From NCBI GenBank assembly GCA_045580835.1, contig JAZNOM010000048.1, positions 21,908-85,907 on the forward strand: DNA of 64,000 nt, read 5' to 3'. Shown here in pieces: positions 38,853 to 45,974 of the stretch (positions within the stretch are counted from its first letter, which is position 1; each line of letters opens with the position of its first letter). The notes beneath the pieces are model-generated. The model searched no databases and was not told where the DNA came from. It saw only the letters and a program-made list of their open reading frames with translations. The DNA is from Eubacteriales bacterium (lineage in GTDB: Bacteria > Bacillota > Clostridia > Oscillospirales > CAG-272). The position numbers and the translations under genes were made by a program.

Positions 38853-39806
38853 GTGGGGTTTAAAGCAAGAGTATATAAAATTTTTATTTCTTCTCCTAGT
38901 GATGTTTTGGAAGAAAGAACTGCAATAAGAAGACAAATAGATAAATGGAATGCGATACATTCAGAAAAAGAAAATATAATTTTGTTACCGGTTAGTTGGG
39001 AAACGCATTCGGTTGCGCAAGCAGAAACACATCCGCAGAATTACATTAATGAAGCTATTTTATCAAATTGTGATTTACTTTTGGGTGTTTTTTGGTGTAG
39101 GGTTGGAACTCCGACACCAAGAGAAAATAGTGGTACAATTGATGAAATAAAGACACATATTCGAAGAAAAAAACCAGCAATGATATTTTTTTCTAATCAA
39201 GAGAAACCCCGTAATTCTGATTTGGCTCAGATAAATGAAATTGAAAAATTCAAAAATGAATTTAGGGACAAGTGTTATTATGTGGAATATAGCAATATAA
39301 TTGAATTCGAAAGTGTTGTGTACAAACAAATAGAGTTGTTTGTGAATTCTGGAAAATTACATGTTTATTATGATTCTGATGTCACTTCTTTGATTGAAAG
39401 TGATTCGAAATTAGCAAAACAAATATCAGAGAGATTTCCTATAGTAGCTAAGAGAGTGTTGAGTAAAATCATAGATGAAAAGCATGATGAATGTGTTTGG
39501 GATGCAATAATAAAAAAATTAGAAAAAAGTCCGGCTGATTTAAGGGATGCGTTGTACTTTATGACAGACAGAGGGGCTTTTTTACATCCTGCTTTTGAGA
39601 AAGGGTATATAACATTAGCAAAATGTTCGGAGGTGGATTATTTTAGTTTGCTGACATATGTTTATACTGTTAATTCATTCACATTTAAACATATGTATAC
39701 CAATAGTCCTCTATCTGACGTGGCATTATCCAATCAAATTAAAGCAATTATAGATAAAGATGAATATATTGAACATAAAATTAGAGAAACATCACTGTTA
39801 GATTGA
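38853..39806 (+). CDS. DUF4062-like (TIR/deoxyribosyltransferase-like fold) protein with an unknown helical C-terminal half
   Basis: YKIFISSPSDVLEERTAIRRQI ... CDLLLGVFWCRVGTPT. GTG start 7 nt after GAAAGGAAG. Confidence 0.65.
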   Translation: MGFKARVYKIFISSPSDVLEERTAIRRQIDKWNAIHSEKENIILLPVSWETHSVAQAETHPQNYINEAILSNCDLLLGVFWCRVGTPTPRENSGTIDEIKTHIRRKKPAMIFFSNQEKPRNSDLAQINEIEKFKNEFRDKCYYVEYSNIIEFESVVYKQIELFVNSGKLHVYYDSDVTSLIESDSKLAKQISERFPIVAKRVLSKIIDEKHDECVWDAIIKKLEKSPADLRDALYFMTDRGAFLHPAFEKGYITLAKCSEVDYFSLLTYVYTVNSFTFKHMYTNSPLSDVALSNQIKAIIDKDEYIEHKIRETSLLD

Positions 39807-39964
39807 TTTAGTTTTAGCTGAAAACGTCTTGGTATATAATTCATTATTTTGCACTTTCATCTGTCCACTAATATTGACAAGTTTCGAGAAGGTGGTTTTC
39901 CAAGAGTGAAGCGAGATATTTCACTAAAAATATAAATATTCTTATGGTTCGGCTTTCCCATGAA

Positions 39965-39990
39965 AGAGATCGCTTCGCGGTCTCTTTTTT
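39965..39990 (+). terminator. intrinsic terminator (copy 1 of the duplicated terminator/promoter module)
   Basis: agagatc gcttcgc ggtctct followed by TTTTTT. The module is repeated at 45882..45942. Confidence 0.75.
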
Positions 39991-40115
39991 CGTTGTTTAC
40001 AATGATAATTACGATGTACTGTGGTATAATTTTTATAAAAAGTTGGATTTTTGTCACAAATGACATTTTGGCTCGTTATAATTAGTGTCCGGACAAAATG
40101 GAAAGGAGCGGTGGT

Positions 40116-40616
40116 ATGCCTAATAACGAAGAAGATATCATTGATAGTTTGTACAAGCTATATGAGCAATCAATGTATTATGAGGCTTATAAAATACTGC
40201 ATGACGAATACCTTGCAGAGGATGCGGTACACGAAGCATTTTTGAGATTGATACGAAATAGAGACAAAATTAGCAATCCTTCTTTTCACGAGGTGCGGAA
40301 TTATGCATATAAGACTTTAAAAAGTGCGGCACTTGATATATACCGAAGACAGAAAAAGCAGCGAGAGAATTGCTGCGAAAGCATAGAGACCGCTGAATCT
40401 TTATTTAATGACGATAATGAAAATTCAAATGACATAGTTTTATTGATTTCGGAACTGCCGCCTAAATATGCTACGGTTATGCGATGCTTGTTTATTAGAG
40501 GGCTGAACATACACGAAACTTCAGCGGTACTACAGATCAGTGAAGCATGCATACGCAAAAGATGCGAGCGTGCCAGAAAACTTTTGAAACGCATTAAAGA
40601 AGACAAGGAGGATTAG
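40116..40616 (+). CDS. sigma-70 family (ECF-like) RNA polymerase sigma factor
   Basis: Region 2 (AEDAVHEAFLRLIRN) and region 4 HTH (LNIHETSAVLQISEACIRKRCERARKLLK). The ATG at 40116 is 8 nt after AAGGAG. Confidence 0.82.
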   Translation: MPNNEEDIIDSLYKLYEQSMYYEAYKILHDEYLAEDAVHEAFLRLIRNRDKISNPSFHEVRNYAYKTLKSAALDIYRRQKKQRENCCESIETAESLFNDDNENSNDIVLLISELPPKYATVMRCLFIRGLNIHETSAVLQISEACIRKRCERARKLLKRIKEDKED

Positions 40617-40618
40617 TC

Positions 40619-41908
40619 ATGGAAAACAACCATGTTTTTTCTGAATCTTATGAGAAAAGAAAAAAAGCCGTGCGTGCAGCATTGCAGCAAGAGTGCATAT
40701 CAGCTGAAACGTACAGACAAAGGTGGTCAGTCAGACTGGTTGCCGTGATAGCTATATTGGCAATATTATCAATTAGTATATATGCGGCTGCTCGCTGGAT
40801 TGAGTTTCGAGTGGAACAAAAAGGTAAAGATGTATTTGTGCATGCAGGTATTATGCAGGCGGAAAATAGTGTTTACGAAGAAAAGCCGCTGCGTAGTTGG
40901 AGAGCAGAGAACGGAGAAGTCAGCGTCAAACTTAACATCCCCGGAATGCCTGCAGATATGCTTGAAGACAAAACTGCACCCGGAAAATGGCATGGCAACG
41001 ATGATTCACGCGCGATTACTATTAATGGTATTGACCTTCGCCGTAGTGATTTGAATACAGTTGTTGGAGATGCAAAAGAAACAAAGAGCCTGACAGCAGG
41101 AGAAAATGCCGTCTATGTTATTGAAAAGGGTGAAACTTCTTTTTATAGCCGTATAGCATTTGTAGTATTTGAGGAAGAAGAACTTGTACTGAAAATTTGG
41201 GTGAGTTACGGAATCAATGAGGATGAGTTCTTGAAAATAGTATCTACTATCACCGTTGAGCAAGCGAAGAGCACGGCGCTTGCAATCCCGATTATGAACG
41301 AAATAGTAACCGCAGATAATTATATACCAGAGATTGTTCATACTGAAAAAGCGTCTATATTCGTATCGGATCTGTCGAAAATCGGCGACTCGGTTCGTGA
41401 CATAGAGGATTGGTATACCGTTACTGTTAATACTGTCAGCGTGTATGACAATACGGCAGCACTAAATTCTGAACATATTATTGCAAAAGATAAGCTCGGA
41501 AAGTTTACAGATGATAGCGGCAATTTGATAGCTTACAAACGAACGCCTATAATTTATAACGAAGATGGTACTAAAGGATTTGGAGAATCGGTTTCGGTGA
41601 AGAAGCGATTATATTTCATAACAATTAGCATGGAAGACATTGAGAAAAATCAAGAACTAATATATGCGTGTGTAAACGGATTCAGTTTGCGCGGATATAC
41701 AGAAGAAAATGGTGAAGTTAAGTTTATTTCCGATAATTCGGTAATAGATGCGAAGCCACAAAATCATGCTATGACAACAGAACTTATTTACCGCGAATAT
41801 TTAGGAAACGATAGGTGGAAGATTGCGTATCTGGTGGACGAAGATATTAGCCAAGGAAATCTTGCACTCGTAAGCCAAACAGGAAAAGTTTATATAAAAA
41901 TTCAGTAG
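40619..41908 (+). CDS. membrane-anchored protein, putative anti-sigma factor
   Basis: Starts 2 nt after the sigma gene. Short cytoplasmic N-terminus, one TM (LVAVIAILAILSISIYAA), large extracytoplasmic domain. Confidence 0.55.
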   Translation: MENNHVFSESYEKRKKAVRAALQQECISAETYRQRWSVRLVAVIAILAILSISIYAAARWIEFRVEQKGKDVFVHAGIMQAENSVYEEKPLRSWRAENGEVSVKLNIPGMPADMLEDKTAPGKWHGNDDSRAITINGIDLRRSDLNTVVGDAKETKSLTAGENAVYVIEKGETSFYSRIAFVVFEEEELVLKIWVSYGINEDEFLKIVSTITVEQAKSTALAIPIMNEIVTADNYIPEIVHTEKASIFVSDLSKIGDSVRDIEDWYTVTVNTVSVYDNTAALNSEHIIAKDKLGKFTDDSGNLIAYKRTPIIYNEDGTKGFGESVSVKKRLYFITISMEDIEKNQELIYACVNGFSLRGYTEENGEVKFISDNSVIDAKPQNHAMTTELIYREYLGNDRWKIAYLVDEDISQGNLALVSQTGKVYIKIQ

Positions 41909-41938
41909 AGCAAAAGAGCCGCAAGCAAGGAAGCCTCT
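41780..41938 (+). repeat. 159-bp direct repeat, copy A (3' end of the 40619..41908 gene)
   Basis: Hand alignment with 45707..45865 gives 12 mismatches and no gaps. Confidence 0.85.
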
Positions 41939-42325
41939 CATCCGAGAGGCTTCCTTGCTTCTATCCTACTGTAAAACAAGTGGTCTCTTGATGCAGTTAG
42001 CGCTATAAAAATTACCGAGTATAGCGACAGATTGGAAGCCAAAATGCGGAAGCGGAACAAAGCCGCAGCCGCCATATTATAATGTCTAAAAATTACGCGA
42101 TAATATTGATAAAGTAGATTTTTGGACAGATTCTTTTAGGAAGAAAGATAAGTTAAAGGATAGTATGATTGCGAAGTTAAGCAGCCCCATATATGATATA
42201 TTTATTTTTACACCTACAATGTCGCGAGAGGAACGGAGAAAGGCACTAAGAGCATTTGTTTTTGATGAACCATACAATCATATACGGTAAAATTGTAAAG
42301 CTAACAATAATTTGATACTCGTAGT

Positions 42326-42375
42326 CAACAAAAGGAAACTGTGAATGATGTTACAGTTTCCTTTTGTTGTTTTTG
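42326..42375 (+). terminator. intrinsic terminator after an ORF remnant
   Basis: Perfect 17-bp stem caacaaaaggaaactgt / acagtttccttttgttg followed by a T-run. Preceded by a start-less reading frame ending at 42290 (...SREERRKALRAFVFDEPYNHIR*). Confidence 0.8.
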
Positions 42376-42523
42376 CTGGGGTGCTTTCAATAGAGCCAAA
42401 ACATATTTTTATACGTAACATGCGGCTTGTTTTCTATAACTATGGACAATATTTTGATTTTTTGATATTATTATGTATAAATATGTCGTAGGAGTGATTG
42501 TCTTGTTATTCATCTACTTACAA

Positions 42524-43027
42524 ATGATAGAGACGGACGAGGATAAATCCAAGTTCGAACAAATATATAAAGAGTATAAGGGACTTATGTTTCATGTAGC
42601 ATACGAGAGAATGCATCACGTACAGGACGCAGAGGATGCTGTACATCATGCTTTTGTTAAAATCGCTGAAAATATTAAAAAAATCGATCCGGTGAGTCCA
42701 AAAACGAAGCAGCTTGTCGTAACTATTGTTGACAATCGGGTTACTGATGTTTTTAGAGTAAGAGGCAGACACCCGGAAGAGGTGTACGAAGATGCGTTAA
42801 TAAATAAACTGTCAACACAGGATTTTGAAGAAGATTTTCTCACGGAATGTATCTTTAAACTTCCTGATCAGCAGCGACAGGTTATTTGGCTAAAATATCA
42901 TCATGGTTATGATCTGCGTGAAATTGCTAAGATGATTGGCGTTTCTCTTGTATGGGCACAGAAGATAGACCAGCGTGCAAAGAAAAAGCTGAAAGAATTG
43001 TATGAGCAAGGGGGTGGGAATATATGA
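42524..43027 (+). CDS. sigma-70 family RNA polymerase sigma factor
   Basis: MIETDEDKSKFEQIYKEYKGLMFHVAY..., region 2 AEDAVHHAFVKI, region 4 LPDQQRQVIWLKYHHGYDLREIAKMIGVS. The internal ATG at 42524 is preferred over the hydrophobic upstream extension. Confidence 0.82.
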   Translation: MIETDEDKSKFEQIYKEYKGLMFHVAYERMHHVQDAEDAVHHAFVKIAENIKKIDPVSPKTKQLVVTIVDNRVTDVFRVRGRHPEEVYEDALINKLSTQDFEEDFLTECIFKLPDQQRQVIWLKYHHGYDLREIAKMIGVSLVWAQKIDQRAKKKLKELYEQGGGNI

Positions 43028-43701
43028 TTACCGATGAAATGCTACGAAGAGCTGCATCAAAGTCTAACGAGATTTATGTAAACTATTTTGAAAGCACATA
43101 TAATCCCGAACTTCAGCATGAATTTTCTTTAGAATTTGAAAAGAGAATAGAAAAATTAAAACGAAAAGTAAGGCATCCATATTTCTATAGCCCCTTAAAG
43201 CGAGTTGCTTCTGTTATACTTGCGCTTGCTATTTCAATCAGTGTATGGCTAGCTGTAGATGCCAAGGCAAGAGAAGCTTTCTTTGGTTGGATTAAAGAAG
43301 TATATGAAACATATTTTGTATATAGATATACTGATAACAAAAAATCTGATGTTTCGCCTGCAAAGTATCAATTAATGGGTATTCCTGATGGATATACAGA
43401 GGTATTTGTTGATGATAACGAAAACTACTATATAGCAATATACGTGGATGATTCAGGAGAAATGTTGACATTTAAGTATACCAATAATCCAAATGAAACG
43501 GAATGGTATGTAAATGCTTCACAAATGCAGAAAAAGCAGGTTTATGTAAATGGTTACTTTGCAGATTTGCTAATTTCTACAGACCCTTCGGTGTCTAATA
43601 TTATTCTTTGGACAACTTCTAAAAATACAGCTTTTTACATTTCGGCTTTCTTGAGTGAAAATGAATTGATTAGACTTGCGAAAAGCGTAAAAGAAAAATA
43701 A
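43024..43701 (+). CDS. DUF4367-like membrane protein (putative anti-sigma partner)
   Basis: Overlaps the sigma gene stop by 4 nt. One TM (VASVILALAISISVWLAV), C-terminal beta-rich domain typical of DUF4367 partners of this sigma type. Confidence 0.7.
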   Translation: MITDEMLRRAASKSNEIYVNYFESTYNPELQHEFSLEFEKRIEKLKRKVRHPYFYSPLKRVASVILALAISISVWLAVDAKAREAFFGWIKEVYETYFVYRYTDNKKSDVSPAKYQLMGIPDGYTEVFVDDNENYYIAIYVDDSGEMLTFKYTNNPNETEWYVNASQMQKKQVYVNGYFADLLISTDPSVSNIILWTTSKNTAFYISAFLSENELIRLAKSVKEK

Positions 43702-43726
43702 TTTAATATTTTTTACAAAGAGTCCA

Positions 43727-43774
43727 AAATCATCCCCTTTCATCGTATTTGTGTTACGAGAAAGGGGATGATTT
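43727..43774 (+). terminator. 15-bp hairpin plus T-run that also contains the RBS of the next gene
   Basis: aaatcatcccctttc / gaaaggggatgattt. The right arm carries AAGGGGA, and the ATG lies at 43777. Confidence 0.7.
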
Positions 43775-43776
43775 TT

Positions 43777-45696
43777 ATGAAAAAGAGATTATTTAGCATT
43801 ATGATTTCCGGAGCGTGCATTTTATTATCAGTGCTTTGTGGGTGTTCAAGGGACGGCGAAACGAAAATTATTAACAATATAAAAGACGATATTGATTTTT
43901 TAACAAGTGATATATGCAGTGGACGTTTATATGGTACTTCCGGTAACGAGGAAGCAGCAAAGTATATTACGAGTCAACTTATGGCAGAAGAACTTATTCC
44001 ACTAATAAATGATGAAATGTCGGTGTCGTTTACGGCGGAATTACCTGCTCACATAAACACGAAATGTACGCTCCAATACTCGGGGGAGTCATTATCTTTG
44101 AGTGAAGGTGTAGATTATATTCCTCCAATCTGGGAGTCTATTGATATTCAAGGTGAAATAGTTCGTACATATGATGATGGTAAATCTAGCTTTCTTATAA
44201 AAGATAATGACGAAGTATTACTTAGGTTTAAAGAATCCGAACATCGGACAGGATGGCAGGGTTTTTTACCAAACAGCATTCCGGAAATTATTCTAACAGA
44301 GACAGGAGTGGAAAAACTGTCATCCTGTTTGGGTGGGCAAATCCATTATCAGTGTGAGAATAAATCTAGCGTTATAGAACTTAATAACATTATTGCAGTT
44401 TTACCAGGGAAAAACAGGCAAAAGGCTATAGTTTTGGGAGCACATTTTGATCATATGGGTCGATATGGTAATATTATGTATCAAGGGGCATTGGATAATG
44501 CTTCGGGAGTTAGTGTATTGTTGCAGATTGCAAGGTCGGTTTCAAATGAAACACCAGATGTAGATGTTGTTTTTGCATTTTGGAATGCAGAGGAGCATGG
44601 TTTTTATGGTAGCAAATCCGGTGCGGAACTTATTAGATCGTTATATGATGAAATGTGTTATATCAACTTGGATTGCCTAGCATATTCTGATGGTGGAAAC
44701 ATAGAGGTGTTTACAGAGAATGACTCAATTGCTTTTCAAAACAAGCTAGTTACATTGTTGCATCAGGAAGGGTATGAAGGAATAGAAGCAACAAATACTG
44801 TTATGTCTAGCGATCATGTGAGTTTCTCGTTCTGTAGTTCGGTTTGTATCGGTCACGGAGATTCAATTGGCGGTATTATTCATACTCCGAATGATACAGC
44901 AAAGGTGATAGATTATAAAGAACTTCAGATGATATCTCAGGCACTAGCTTCTGTTTTGACAAACGATAGTACTGCTTTGTTTGAAACAAATAATATTGCA
45001 GATATGTTACCGCAGCCACAAGGTGACATTATATGGCCTTGCGGGGATTATTTGAATATGACAGAGAATGAGCAGCAAGAGTATCGGAAGAATATTGCGG
45101 CACAACTAAAATATGATGAGTATGTCTTGTTGCCTGATGGTAATAAACAGACTGTAGTAAAACGGAATGTGACCATGGATCTTCCCGAAGTTGCTCATTA
45201 TTATCCTGGTTTAACTGTGCCTGAAGCAATAGGTGAGTTTACTTTGGAGGGCATTTGGATTTCTGAAACATCTTCAGCAATTGAAGAGGGACTACCCAAT
45301 TTTACAGTTTTGAATTGGTATCCTTCTAAGCATAAAATACGCTCGATTTATCTTTATTATGGCAAAGGGGAAAGAATGGTTGAGTTGTCGTATTTTTGCT
45401 ACGGAGCTAATCAGAGAATTGAGACAGAAGTTCTTGTAGGCTCATATGATAAAACTGAGGTTTTAGATACAAATGGAACTATTAAACTTTACCATTCTAA
45501 TGAAGGATTGGGATATTCATATGCAATTGATGAATACGACTCATGCTTAATCATTAAAGTTGGCGAGAAACACTATTTATCGGACAGAGGCATTGTTTGT
45601 TTGCTTAGTGATGATTATATAAATAGCCGTGATGATTTCTTAAATATTATTAATCCTTTTTTAGAGAATTTACCTATTGTTGACTTTTTAGAATGA
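43777..45696 (+). CDS. M28 family metallopeptidase lipoprotein
   Basis: Lipobox LSVLCGC. GAHFDHMG, ALDNASGVSVLL, FWNAEEHGFYGS zinc-ligand blocks. Confidence 0.85.
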   Translation: MKKRLFSIMISGACILLSVLCGCSRDGETKIINNIKDDIDFLTSDICSGRLYGTSGNEEAAKYITSQLMAEELIPLINDEMSVSFTAELPAHINTKCTLQYSGESLSLSEGVDYIPPIWESIDIQGEIVRTYDDGKSSFLIKDNDEVLLRFKESEHRTGWQGFLPNSIPEIILTETGVEKLSSCLGGQIHYQCENKSSVIELNNIIAVLPGKNRQKAIVLGAHFDHMGRYGNIMYQGALDNASGVSVLLQIARSVSNETPDVDVVFAFWNAEEHGFYGSKSGAELIRSLYDEMCYINLDCLAYSDGGNIEVFTENDSIAFQNKLVTLLHQEGYEGIEATNTVMSSDHVSFSFCSSVCIGHGDSIGGIIHTPNDTAKVIDYKELQMISQALASVLTNDSTALFETNNIADMLPQPQGDIIWPCGDYLNMTENEQQEYRKNIAAQLKYDEYVLLPDGNKQTVVKRNVTMDLPEVAHYYPGLTVPEAIGEFTLEGIWISETSSAIEEGLPNFTVLNWYPSKHKIRSIYLYYGKGERMVELSYFCYGANQRIETEVLVGSYDKTEVLDTNGTIKLYHSNEGLGYSYAIDEYDSCLIIKVGEKHYLSDRGIVCLLSDDYINSRDDFLNIINPFLENLPIVDFLE

Positions 45697-45706
45697 TATA
45701 TAAATG

Positions 45707-45865
45707 GAACCTGTTTACCGCGAATATTTAGGAAACGATAGATGGAAGCTTGCGTATCTTGTGGACGAAGATATTAGCGAAGGAAATCTTGCTCTCGTGA
45801 GCCAAACAGGAAAAGTTTATATAAAAATTCAGTAGAGCAAAAGAGCAGTAAGCAAAGAAGCGTCT
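45707..45865 (+). pseudogene. 159-bp direct repeat, copy B: orphan 3' fragment of a paralogue of 40619..41908
   Basis: Would encode ...YREYLGNDRWKLAYLVDEDISEGNLALVSQTGKVYIKIQ* but has no upstream ORF. Confidence 0.8.
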
Positions 45866-45881
45866 AGTTCGACAGACTGAA

Positions 45882-45942
45882 GAGATCACGTTCGCGGTCT
45901 CTTTTTTCGTTGTTTACAACGGTAGCAGCGGTGTGGTATAAT
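45882..45942 (+). promoter_or_regulatory. terminator plus promoter module (copy 2)
   Basis: agagatc acgttcgc ggtctct followed by TTTTTT, then TTTACA (45913-18), 18 nt, TATAAT (45937-42) with an upstream TGG. Copy 1 (39965..40030) has a 23-nt spacer. Confidence 0.7.
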
Positions 45943-45974
45943 GGATTCAATATTATGGAAAAAAGGAGAAGGCA

